Shown here: positions 26,831 to 38,106 of the stretch, in pieces
Position numbering within the stretch: position 1 is the stretch's first letter
How the letters are laid out: each line of letters begins with the position of its first letter
Source of the DNA: Marsupella aquatica
Taxonomy: Eukaryota; Plantae; Marchantiophyta
Length of the DNA stretch: 64,000 bases
Assembly: GCA_973895155.1 (NCBI GenBank)
Contig: OZ316898.1
Span: forward strand, 1,337,827-1,401,826
Direction: 5' to 3'
Notes under the pieces: model-generated
Database searches by the model: none
The model's input: the letters and a program-made list of their open reading frames with translations, nothing else
What the model was told of the DNA's origin: nothing
Translations under genes and position numbers: made by a program

Positions 26831-27857
26831 TATGATGGGCTTTCTGCCCTTCATTAGCTTTCCTCTGGTCGCTATCATCATTACTTGGCAAGCTGGTGTC
26901 CGCTCGTGAGGGATCCAAAAAGAGCCCTCATAAATGAAGTAGACAAGCATGTGTCAACGTCCACACTCAACTCATAGTTTAATTTGTCAGGGGGCGGGTA
27001 TTTTGGGGATGACAAGAACTTTGCGATTAGCTACACAAAATCACGGCCGAGCAACATGGATGACGAGCACTAGCTGGGAGCAAGAGGTAGGGCTCCTTGT
27101 GATTTTGTGAAGTGATGGTGGTGGAAACCTACCTCTGCGTTCATTGTCTATCGGGCTGGAACAAGAGGAATCCCAGAAAATATGGTGAGCCGCGTACATA
27201 GAGGATTGAGAAACAAGCAGGGGAATGAGTTAGTCTGGAACAAAGCCAATCCACAAGTGAAGAACAAGAGCTCCTCACGTTGGGTTCTTGCTTGAGGTTG
27301 GTGGAGACATACGTGATTCACAAACAATCAACCTGAAAGCTAGGGCGACATTGCAAAGTACATCTGCTATAGCTAGTATGCAGATGGAGTCTCTTAGTGG
27401 AGACTCTGAATTCTTAATGGGGACTCTGAATTTTTTCATGCACAGCAACAATTTAAATTGATGTTGGAAAGGGACGTGCAATTATGAGCGAATCAAACCA
27501 CGAGGGGTCGATCCGCTGATACAAAGTTCTGCACTGTCCTAACAGTGTAACCTCACTGTCTGATGTTTGAGCTATTTGATCACAATAAAACTTACTCCAA
27601 CCTGATGTAGAACTGATCACAATCCGCAAAATCTAGTAGATTTAAGCTGGCCATTATCTTGCTCACTCAGTGCAATTGTTGTTCTCATCTCGTCTATATG
27701 CAACCGGTGCTTGATTTGCAACTTCTGCATCTGCATGCATCGCTTTTCAGTGTGACCATCATACCGTCTGTAGGTAGCAGTTTTTAGCTTTATTTCTTAT
27801 CAACACTACATACAACAGCTGGTTTAGTAATTTAAGCCATTACAGTACGTGTACCAT

Positions 27858-28033
27858 TGTCGTGACATATAGTATCGTAGCCATAGTGTATCGAAAACAT
27901 ACAAGTCACCGGCAAGGCATATGTGCAAGCTGCTAGCAACCAACATGCATAGAAAAAGTCCAATCACATTCACAAGTGCCAAGAAAAAGCAAATGAAGTG
28001 GTATGTACGTAGTGGAGGTGTAAACCTCTGTAT
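27858..28033 (-). repeat. Repeat B2 (176 bp), 3' terminus of the element
   Basis: Matches 28390-28565 with 2 substitutions by eye. Confidence 0.95.
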
Positions 28034-28387
28034 ATAAAAGGCGTAAGAGAATCGTACTGAAATCGAATCAAAAACCGGCGGGATGCCAAGATCGGCCGGG
28101 AGCATCTAACGAATCATTGTGTGAATCCCGTGTATGGAACCGACGAGCACTGTCTGAGCTCTGTCAACAGCGATTCAAGAAGAACTAAAAACCCACAAAG
28201 AAAGACATGCCCTAAGCAAGCAAAGTCCTGGCGTCACACTAACAAGCACATTTGCTTCAAGAACGGCCCAGTCTTGCTACAAGAACATGTCGCTAACTCA
28301 GGTAGTACACTAGCCCTAACTACATACCTAGCGGGCAGGCGAGGGACATGCCAATGTGCATAAGAGGCACTGTCCCTCAGCATGACA
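28034..28387 (-). repeat. Repeat A2 (354 bp)
   Basis: Matches 38105-38462 with about 8 substitutions and one 4-bp indel by eye. Confidence 0.95.
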
Positions 28388-28389
28388 GT

Positions 28390-28565
28390 TGTCGTGACAT
28401 ATAGTATCGTAGCCATAGTGTATCGAAAACATACAAGTCACCAGCAAGGCATATGTGCAAGCTGCTAGCAACCAACATGCATAGAAAAAGTCCAATCACA
28501 TTCACAAGTGCCAAGAAAAAGAAAATGAAGTGGTATGTACGTAGTGGAGGTGTAAACCTCTGTAT
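28390..28565 (-). repeat. Repeat B1 (176 bp), directly after the polypurine tract
   Basis: Second copy of B, separated from A2 by a 2-bp spacer (28388-28389). Confidence 0.95.
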
Positions 28566-28572
28566 CCCCCCC
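28566..28572 (-). other. Polypurine tract (G7 on the sense strand)
   Basis: A C7 run abuts the first base of B1, about 30 nt after the pol stop codon. Confidence 0.7.
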
Positions 28573-28604
28573 AGACCACAGCCAAAAGGAGGGCTGAAGA
28601 AAAT

Positions 28605-30100
28605 TCAGGTAGCACGTGGAGCACAGGAAGGGCAAAACCATAACCCTTCTGGCACCTAGGTAAGTTCAGGCCGAAGGCAGAAAAGATGGTACCCTCCATT
28701 GCAATTGTCACACAGCAGCATCTGGTCAGCATCATCAACTTGCAAACACACTTTGCAAGGGTAGTCCACAGGTGGAATCCAGGTAGAAGTCACAATGGTG
28801 GGATCCAGGTTAGGCAGATGACAAGGGGCGCAATTCTTGGCATTGTCAGCAATTGTGCGCCCATCTGCCCCTTGTAACTCTAGCACTCCAGACGGTCGAA
28901 TAGCTTTAACCCTGAGAATAGTACGACTGGTAGAGGTGTCGTTAGCTTGCCGTTGCAAGTACACAAAATCTCCCACTTCAAACTTCCTGACCTTTGGCTG
29001 AAAAGTGCCCCCTCGTGTGTGTGCATAACACAGTGTGTCCCTGTGCTGTGCGATGGCCAAATTCTCCATGGCCATGGGCATAACCCTCCTGAATAGGGCA
29101 GCCCTCTCAGAGATCACATCAGACCAAGTCACAGCTGAATCCAAGTCTACCACCTGAAGCATGTGAGCAGCAATAGCAGAAGGTGGAACTGGGTGACGAC
29201 CAAACAACAAGAAGTAGGGAGAAAAGTTAGACAGTGATGCATGTCTGGACATCCTATACCCCATGGCAATGTAGGGTAAGGCCAGGTCCCAATCCTCCTT
29301 GTTTTTGGTGAGGCAAATCTTCCGGAGACCCTTCTTGCATGTCTGAACCATGCGCTCTGCCAAGCCATCTGCCTGTGGGTGATCTCGTGATGTTCGGCGA
29401 TGATCAATGAGGGCCTGATCAAGCAGCTCCTGGAACTCTCCTCTAAACTCTGAGCCCTGGTCAGTGAGACATTCTGCACAAGCTCCAAACTGACTGAGAA
29501 CTTGTTGCAGGAATGCCTGGCTGGTGCTATGAGAGGTCTTATCCGGCAATGCCACAAGTTCTATCCACTTGAATGGAGAAATGCTCTATCATGATCATGA
29601 TGTAGAGATTACCCCGAGACGTGAGGGGTAATTCTCTAGCCAAATCACATGACCAGCGATAAAACATGCCCTGAATAGGGAGTGGATGAAGTGTGGGTTG
29701 CCGAGATGTGAAAGAAGTCCTCACCCTATCACACTGTTCACACCAGGCAATAACATCTCGAACCTGGCCATGCATGTCTCTCCAATGATAATGAGGGACC
29801 AAGAGGCTGTAAGTCCTCTTAACGCCTAAATGACCAAGCTCAGAATGTACCTTACGGATAAGGCCAACCCTCTCATGAATGGGTGGAACCACCACTTCCC
29901 TGTCTGGCAAGCAGCGCACGAGATGATCTCCCTTCCACGAGTAACGCTTGGACCTTTGCTGAATTCGGTCTCTCTGGGCAGCAGTAACATGTATGGGGTA
30001 CTCCCCATGCTGCAAAAATCTCAGAGTGTCGTTGTCCTCCCATATGTCCACCACAGGTTGGTCAACAACGTAGCATGGCAGCAAAGCAAGATAGGTAGAT
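28605..30100 (-). pseudogene. Integrase (HHCC + DDE) with a C-terminal PHD finger
   Basis: HSELGHLG...CEQC, WSCDL, TDQGSEF, HPQADGLAERMVQ, PYFLLFG, then CKVC...[31 protein letters not shown] (C4HC3). Frameshift near 29550 and an in-frame stop at 28656-28658. Confidence 0.9.
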
Positions 30101-30169
30101 GCATGAAATGTAGGTAGGATGGAAACCTGGTCAAAATCCTGCCGTGCATCTGAGGAATCATCAGAGGCA

Positions 30170-31560
30170 ATCAAAGGGCTGCGGGACATAGTGTCAGCAT
30201 TTTGATGTGTCACACCAGGCCTATGAATTATCTCAAAATCATACTCCCGGAGTATGAGCGCCCAACGAGCAAGCTTGCCAGTAAGCTTTCGTTGGTCATC
30301 AACCACTTCAAGGGCTGATGGTCGGTATAGAGAACAAACCTGGTCCCATAGAGGTAGGGCCTGTAATGTATGATAGCCCACACAACAGCAAGGCATTCAC
30401 CCTCATAAGAAGAATAATGACTCTCTGCCTGATTGTTGCTCCTGGATGCATAGGCAATGACGTACTCTTTACCTTCCTCATCATGTTGGCCCAGAATGGC
30501 ACCAATCCCAAGGGCACTCTAATCTGTGTGTAACACAAAGACCTTGCTGAAATCAGGTCTTCTCAGCACCGGGTATTCTGAGAGCTTCTCCTTCAAAGTG
30601 GCAAATGCTGCCTCAGCATCTGTACTCCATGTCCAAGTCACATTCTTTTTCAACAAAGCAGACAATGGGTGTGCAATGGTACTGAAATCTTTGATGTAGA
30701 TCCGGTAGTAATTGCACAACCCAATAAAACTCCTCAAAGTGTGAACATCGGTAGGAGTGGGCATTTCCAAGATGGATACCACCTTGGCCCAGTGAGCCAT
30801 GGTTCCATTTGGAAGAATGCGATGCCCAAGATATACTACTGATCTGAAAGCAAATTCACACTTCTTGGGGTGTATCTTTAGGTTCACCTTCTTAAGCCTC
30901 ATGAATAGCTCCTCAAGGTCAAGTAGATGCTGGTCAAATCCTTTGCTGTGGACCAACACATCATCAATGTAGCATTTCAGAAACTCAGCACCTTGAAGAA
31001 CCTGGTCCATGACTCTTTGAAAGAATATGGGCGCATTCTTCAAGCCAAATGGCATCACCAACCACTCCTATAGTTGGTTACTACCATGGAAAGCTGTTTT
31101 CTTGCGGTCCTTTGCAAGCAGCAAAATCTGGTTAAAGCCTTGCCTTAGATCCACAAGAGTGAAGATGTTTGAGTCTCCAATGCTGTCAAATAGCTCCTCT
31201 GACCGTGGCATGGGGTACCTGTCTTGGGGTGTGACCAGGTTTAGTGGCCTATAGTCCCCACACATGCGCTTCTCTATCCACAATCCATTGGAATCCTTCT
31301 TTGCTGGCATCACTGTAGTTGTTGCAAAATCTGATGTAGATGGCTGAATAAGACCAGCTTCATAGAGCTCTTGGCATCTCTCATCCACCAGCTGCCACTC
31401 ATGCTTACTCAAACGGTGTCTCCGCCTGAAGATAGGTGTTTCATCAGCCAACTCAATGGAGAACTGCATAGTCTTGCACTTACCCAAGTCCTTCATAGAG
31501 AAAGCAAACACATTCTCATGCTTGAGGAGAAAATTCAGCAACTGGTCCTTCTGTCTTTTA
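30170..31560 (-). pseudogene. Reverse transcriptase and RNase H (gypsy type)
   Basis: RMCGDYRPLN, DLRQGFNQI, KTAF, VMPFGLKNAP, CYIDDVLV, RSFIGLCNYYR, LARWALILREYDFEIIHRPG..H.NAD. Contains a stop and frameshifts. Confidence 0.92.
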
Positions 31561-31954
31561 CTCAGGTGGTTGCCCATGATGAATGTGTAGTTGGCAACAC
31601 TAGGAATAGGACCTGATGTACTCGTGCTTGAAGAGCCAGAAGTGCCAGCCTCTCCACTGTCCAAGCTGCTAGCATGCTGCTGATAATGTGATGAGGCCTC
31701 TCCAAGGCCTGTTGTACTTGTTGCTCTGGTTTGATCCACACCATGAAACTCAGAAATAATGTCAGCCACATTACAAGGGACCTCCCCCCCAACACTTGGA
31801 CTGAAGCGGTGAGTGTTGAATAGAGGTAAGTGCACCTGGTCTGGATGCCATGTAGCAGCACCATGGAGTGGTAGGGCTGGAACTCCTGATGCTGGATGAA
31901 TGTACATCTGAAAAAGGATGCAAGTGACCAAAAGCCAAGTGAGAGCATTAAGAT

Positions 31955-32870
31955 CCATTACCCTGCCAAGTAAAGCATTCCTGGCCAGCCTGGTGATCTT
32001 GGTGTGACCTGTAGTACCAGGTTGGAAGCCCATAGCCCGTTCTCTCTCCTCAGGACTAGGTTCATCCCATGTACCAGTAGAATGTCGATAAACCAGGCCA
32101 GGACCATAACCCTGAAAAACATGTGCACCTGGAAAGGACACAAATGTAGGCCAAGCAGCACGGGGCTGTCCAATGGTATTGGCTGGATACCAAGGTGCTG
32201 GCTCTTGCCGTGTAACTGGTTGGCAAGAACTATCAGGATCCAAAATCTGGTCCACTGTGAGGTTAGTGTCCCTGGATGTGTGGTGAAGAGCTAACTCCAG
32301 CAAGGAAGGTGGTGCAAGGTTAGTCCAAAAGTTACGAAGACGATGTGCATAAGAACCACAGTGCACTGCATCAATGAGAAGGGGTGGTCCCAAGTAGTGT
32401 TGGACCACACTGAAATCCTCTTTGACTTGTGGACGCTGGTCAAACTGAGATGGAGTATTCTCAATGCTATAACCAACAGCAAGATAAAGGGATTGAGCCA
32501 GGTGAGAATCTGAACCAATGCTGTGAAAAGGCCAGAACGAGAGTCATGCAATCCAGCACCATGACCAGCAGCTGAAAACCCTTGGCATTCCCAACCAGCT
32601 ATGATCAAATCAAGGGCACCAAGAAGGGTTAAGTGTCGGTGCTGGACAAGCTGGATATCTGGAGGGAAGAAAGAAAATGCAGACTTCCATGCACTATGTG
32701 GAAACTACTGGGGAAATCGTTCTGAAAATTCCAGCAGACGGGATTTAGCCACTTGCCTTGCACCTGGATCAATGTCCACGTAGATGTACTGCTTCACCAC
32801 CATGCCAGGTTGTAGGAGAGCTTCCAGGCCTATAGAAATGCCACCAAAAAGCACAAGCAATGTAAGGCCA
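31955..32870 (-). pseudogene. C5-cytosine DNA methyltransferase domain (DNMT3-like) inside pol
   Basis: Ordered motifs: I LVLFGGISIG; II YVDID; IV IIAGWECQGFS followed by GLHDSRSGLF; VI IENT; VIII AHRLRNFWTN; IX ERERAMGF; X LLGRVMD. One stop (32705) and one frameshift (~32490). Confidence 0.88.
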
Positions 32871-33219
32871 TCCGGAGCAGGAGTCCATGTAACTGGTGCT
32901 CTCAAGATTGGGGCTATTGGCTGTCCATTGTGCTGCCCAAGGTCTTCAAACTTGCACAATGCAGCCACCAAAGGTCCATGGGCTGCTTGGAGCCGTTGTA
33001 CCACCTATGGTTGATGATCCACGTTGCTGGAAAGTGCTACTATACGTGCAGCAGCATGTGCAGTAGCCACCTCATCATCATCCTCCTCAATCCAATCCTG
33101 CAATGGGTGGTTGACATAGGTAGCTGTGTGTACTGCTTTCAACACACAGTGGTGAGCCATAGGTGTATGGGCACCATGCAAATCAAGGGGAATGTAGCCC
33201 AAGTGTGAGCCATCAGTAT

Positions 33220-33600
33220 GCCAATCAACTCTGTAGTATGCATGCTCATGCCAGTTATCAATGGTAAAACCTGGTGGGAACAAAGTCTCCTGGCCAATGA
33301 GCACATCATACGTAGTGGCATTGGTAACCAAACATCTGACTGGGAAATGCAATTCCTGATCTGTACCTCCATTAAAAGTGAGAGTGAGTAAAGTAGAACT
33401 CTCACCCAGCACATCCTCCACAGTGCCACTAGCAGTCGAATGTGCCACCTGGATTGCTGTAAATGATCAGTCAGCAGTCCCATCTTCTTGGCAAACTGAA
33501 TGCCCAAGATCACTGGTTGAGCGCCTGTGTCTAGCATGACCACCTGAGGAGTGTGACCCTCCAACTTGACTGCTGAATTCCTGTTATCAACAATGGCAAT
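33220..33600 (-). pseudogene. Retropepsin-type aspartic protease
   Basis: VMLDTGAQPVILG and, after a frameshift near 33440, TASG...YDVLIG. Confidence 0.85.
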
Positions 33601-33625
33601 GGTGGTGGAAACTAAAGTCCTGTCA

Positions 33626-35720
33626 CTAGACACCACTTTTGTGATGAGGTACCTTGTGAAGGGAGTTAGTGGCCACGGTCTTCCCACTCAACAACATAGC
33701 CAGGAAAGATGGAGCAGCATGACCAGAATCAAGTGTAGCTCTGGTCACACAATCAGCAGCAATCGGTACTGGGGCAGCTAAACTAGTGGAAACATGTAAA
33801 GGAGAAGAAGAAGGTCCAGTATGTACATGAGATTGGACCTCCAAAACCGGTGTCACAGGGGCTGATGAAGAATGCAGTGAACCCTCTAGCGCTCTGATGA
33901 CAGCTCTAGCATCCAGCTGTAAATCATGGCAACTGAAAAGTGGAGTTGTAAGAATCCTTTGTGCCATACCGGAGGTGAAATGCTCAAGCAGCTCAGGAGA
34001 AACAACTCCCTGTGAAATGTCAGCAGCACCTGGTGGTGGAATGGATGTGGCTGCAGCTCCCTCCCCCCTCGCCAACAAGGTACGCTCTTCAGCAAGTGTG
34101 AGGGGCTGAAAAGATTGGGGCATGACAGCCCGAGCTCCCTTGGCTCTAGTCATAGGACTGGCAGCAAGACCATCAGCCTGTACAATGCGGCGTGTGGGAG
34201 CAATACGGGTGGCAGCACTGGCCTGCTGGTAAGCAAAATAGGAAGGGCAGAATGAATCTGAAAATTCTGCTGTAAGGCCAGGCTGTGGAGCAGAGGACAG
34301 CACACACTCACCCATATGAGCATCAAATGGCAAGCCATAGAAAGAGCGGGGTAGAGGTGCTGAACTGTCAGTGGTGCCTGGGCCAGGGATGGGTTGCACG
34401 TGACCAGCCGATTGAGAAGGACCAGCAGAGGCAGTTGACTTGCCTTTGATGTTGGCAAGTTGGGCACGTAGGGACTCAACCTCATGAGTCAGAGACTGGA
34501 GTTGAGTTGCTTGTGCGTTGTGAGTCTCCTTCTGAACTGGTTGCTTCTGTTGCTGCTTGGGCGGTTTGTTGGCACTGGATGTTTTGCCACTGGAAGGAGG
34601 AGCAGTTGATGCAGTAGGAGCCCTCCTAGCTGGTGGGGGAGTGGAAGTAGGAGCAGGAGGAGGGGCCTGCTGTCGTAGCTGCTTCCTCTCTGGGAATTTG
34701 GCAAAACAAATTGCCTCCAAGTGACCCACTTTCCCGCAAAAATCATAAGATAGGTCCTCAGCAACAATATCACAATCATTAGCCTTGTGATTGGGGTTAC
34801 CACAGTAGTTGCAAGATGGCAGCATGAAAGCAGCATGGGCTGGCTTGGTCTTAGAACCATACTGTGGCACACGGGAAGGGGTGGCCAGTGTAGGGGCAGC
34901 AGCCTGGTACCTGGATCGCGGTGGATGTGCAATACTGGCCTCATAATGTGCATGGGCCAACTCAAGTTTCTCAGCAGTGTCATAGACATTGAGCAGGGTG
35001 TAGCTATCTCCAAACTCTAAGAATACTTGCTGCAACACTTGCGAATGGAGAGCTGGTGTGCCCTCCAATGCGCGAAGATAGCGATGAGCAGCTTCTAGGT
35101 CAGTGATGCTCTGGGTGTCCTCCTTCAGCTTGAGAAGCCAACGATACATCATCTTCAATGTTTCATCGCGCTGCCTCACAAAGGTGGCCAACTGCATGAT
35201 TTTATCAGCACTCTTGATTGGGAATTCCAATTCAAGAACCTGGAAAAACTCAGCCACTGGACCAGCAAAGGCAGGGGAATCAATGGTGGGAGAAATGCCT
35301 GATGTAGCCTGTGCCAAGATAGTGGGAGTAACTGGCGCAGTGGTAGGAACTGGAGTAGGAGGGGAAGTGGCAGGAGCAGCAGCATGGGCTGCAATGGCAT
35401 TTTGTAATGCCAATTGTGAGGCAGCCGCAATTGCACTGGCATAGGCAGGGTTAGGCAATTGTGTGACAGCAAGCAGCCGTTGAGAGTGTTGTTCATACAC
35501 ATCCAAAGCCTCGTGGTGCACATACCTGGCGAGCTGCTTAAATGCAAAAGCATTTGTGAAATTGCTGTCGTACTTCAACTCCAATTCGTAAACGACAGTG
35601 TAGAAAGTGGATTTGAACTCACATAAAGAAACAGTGCCTGGCTGCCCGCTGAAGCGCTCAATGCGGCCAGATGAGTGGCTGGCGTCCATGTTGTATGTTG
35701 GTGAAGCAGGAACAACCATG
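33626..35720 (-). CDS. Gag-like protein with two zinc knuckles
   Basis: Long open frame with IERFSG near the N-terminus, QRDETL capsid-like motif, CNYCGNPNHKANDC and (Y)DFCGKVGHLEAIC, then a P/Q-rich linker and coiled coil. Start codon uncertain. Confidence 0.85.
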
Positions 35721-36143
35721 GATGCAGAAGGGGTAAAGGTAGAGAAGCGATAGCAGGCTTCAGGGTAGTGGGAAAGCGACCGCCAAATGTAGCAGAAGGA
35801 TTGCGTGGTGTGGGTGCTGCTGCTGTCTACTGGCGTCGTCAAAATTGCCGAGACTCCAATGAAATTGGCACCAATGGTCGTGGATCACTCCGTAAATGGT
35901 ACCTGGGTGTCGGTGGCGATGTGCTGCTACCTTCGGGCTCCTCTGCTGACATGCTATGTTGTGCTTGCCTGATCGACGGTATGATGTGTATGCCGGGCCC
36001 TTAACCTTATGTAGATGACATGTGGTGGCAGCAAAGAAATTGGGGAAATATGGGCCCTATGCAGCAGTAGTTGAATATGTGAACCGGGCCCATCTTAAGT
36101 GTATACACATTTGGGGCCCATTGTGGCCCCGAAAACTGCAGTC

Positions 36144-36781
36144 GGCCTCATTCACAATTGGAGGACCCAAAAGGAACGTCACACTCAAAAGTGACCATAG
36201 TTTATTATGCTTTAGGACATCATTTGTAAGGTGTAATGAGATGATATGCAAAATTTGATGTACTATACTTAATAAATATCCTGTAGGTTGGTAACATTCA
36301 TTAAACTATCTAGCATTTGAAACTTTGAACCTTTCCTTATATGTCCTTCAAAGATCGATAAAAGGACTTGTCACGCAACGAGTCACATCATTTCAGGACT
36401 CGAAAAGACTCTAAAACTTGCATTTTAGACAATGAAATTTTACCAAGGCATGCATACTAATATAATAATCTTATATTTCAAAACTCAAATATTGACACAC
36501 ACTAAACCTTTATGTACAGGACAAAAATAATCAGTAATTTTGGCTTATTTAGGGCCATCAATAATAGGATCCCTTAAAAAAGTTAAAAACTTGATTTATC
36601 TACATGGTGAGGTAGGTTACACCATGTAAAATATTCTTGTGAAAAAATTAAACTTAAATGTCTTGAGATAAAATCATGATAAAGCTTTTTCCATGTTACA
36701 AAAGTCATTTTTCACTAAAAAAGCATGTTTTTGAGTCCTGAAAGTGGTTCCTGTAAGGTACACCCAATTGTGAATGAGGCC
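36144..36781. mobile_element. Non-autonomous DNA transposon (MITE) with 18-bp TIR and 4-bp TSD, nested in the retroelement leader
   Basis: Perfect TIR GGCCTCATTCACAATTGG / CCAATTGTGAATGAGGCC. AGTC duplicated at 36140-36143 and 36782-36785. AT-rich interior within GC-rich flanks. Confidence 0.9.
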
Positions 36782-38092
36782 AGTCGGACCGGTCGAGTGT
36801 GTATACACACTTGTGGCACACGGCCCTATGCAGCGCTAGTTGGACGGCTATGGAAAAGTCGAGGAGTCACTATGGCCGGCGAGGGAAAGAAACGGGAGGG
36901 CACGATGCCCTATGTACATACAGGCTGCGGAGCACAAAAGGCATAAGGAGGAAAAGGCAAGACGCAGCATGGCAAGGGCGAAAAGAAAGAGATGGCAAAA
37001 AGAAAAGCATCGGGCCCCCATGGAGGGGCTACAAACTCCCCCTCCTCTCCTGCAATGTAATAATTTGGGCTCGTGCCCTAGCAAAAGCACTCCCGAGAAG
37101 GGAGTCGACTTAACTCCCCTCCCCCTTGTTAATGCTGAATGGGGCCGTGTGCCTTCTCCCTCGCATGCTTGTGGCAGGGCTTCTCCCCACTTAATGCTAC
37201 CTAGGGCTTGGTGCCCTCTCACTCGCTGTCGCTCCTCCTCCTCTTTGCTTTCGCTTGTGCTATCCTCCTTTAATGCTGTATAGGGGCTTCGTGCCCAACT
37301 CTCGCTTCACCTCCCCTCACCCTGCTTTATTCTCCATAGGGCCTCGTGCCCTCGGCTCTCACTCCCTCTCCCTTGTTTTAATTCCTCATAGGGCTTCGTG
37401 CCCTCCTTTTGCTTCCCCCTCTCCTGCGTGGCTGGTGCTCGCCCTCTCCCTCCTCTTTAATGCTGAAATGGGGCCTGGCAGCATGACTCCCGAGAGAGAG
37501 AGAGTCGTATGTACTCCCCCCCTCCTTACTACTTCAGAGGCGCGAAGCTGGCTCGGCAGCCGTGGCTGGGAGAGACAAAAAAAACATTTGAGGGGCCCTG
37601 AAGGGTCGACGCGAGCAGGGGCGCAGCTCCCTATGTACAGACTGCGAAGAGCCGGGGGTGGTAGCAAAAAATGGGCACACGGCCCTATACACTGATAGTC
37701 GGGAGGTGGCAGGGAGGGACCACGGCCGGAAACTGCAATAATCGGGCCCCAATCATTGCGCTACGGCCGGGGCAAGTTCACCAGCAGTGTGTGGCTGGGA
37801 AAATACCGAAAATGGCCCGAAAAGGTCGAACGTGCACGAGGGCGTAGCGCCCTATGCAGCAGCCGGAAGCAAGTTTGCAACAGCAGGTCGGCAATCGACG
37901 GAGGGGTCGCGGATGCACCCGGGAAGGAAAAATTGGGTTCCAATAGAAGCATTATGTGTATACATAACGTGACATTAAACCCATAATTTCAACCAGTCCC
38001 TGCTCAAAGAAATTGCATCAACTTCGACGGGAATTGTCTAAACCGACACGAGCAGCTAAGAAGCACGTCTCCGATTTCCTTCCCCTTACCAC

Positions 38093-38106
38093 AGTTCTTC
38101 TTGAAT
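38093..38106 (-). other. Putative self-priming primer-binding site
   Basis: agttcttcttgaat (38093-38106), abutting and overlapping the inner end of A1, is the exact reverse complement of attcaagaagaact (38248-38261) inside A1. No TGG-starting tRNA PBS at the boundary. Confidence 0.75.

Noticed and set aside
28121-28363. 80-aa ORF duplicated at 38196-38438
   Set aside because: It lies within repeat A, antisense to the element, and starts with GTG. The duplication reflects the repeat, not coding conservation.
27858-28387. Ordinary 3' LTR (A+B) with a merely truncated 5' LTR
   Set aside because: This does not explain why the PPT abuts an extra B copy, why the primer site abuts the end of A, or the precise CA-ac-TG internal junction.
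38080-38092. tRNA PBS at TGGTAAGGGG (sense strand)
   Set aside because: It is ~14 nt away from the repeat boundary and I cannot match it to a tRNA 3' end. The self-complementary 14-mer fits the boundary exactly.
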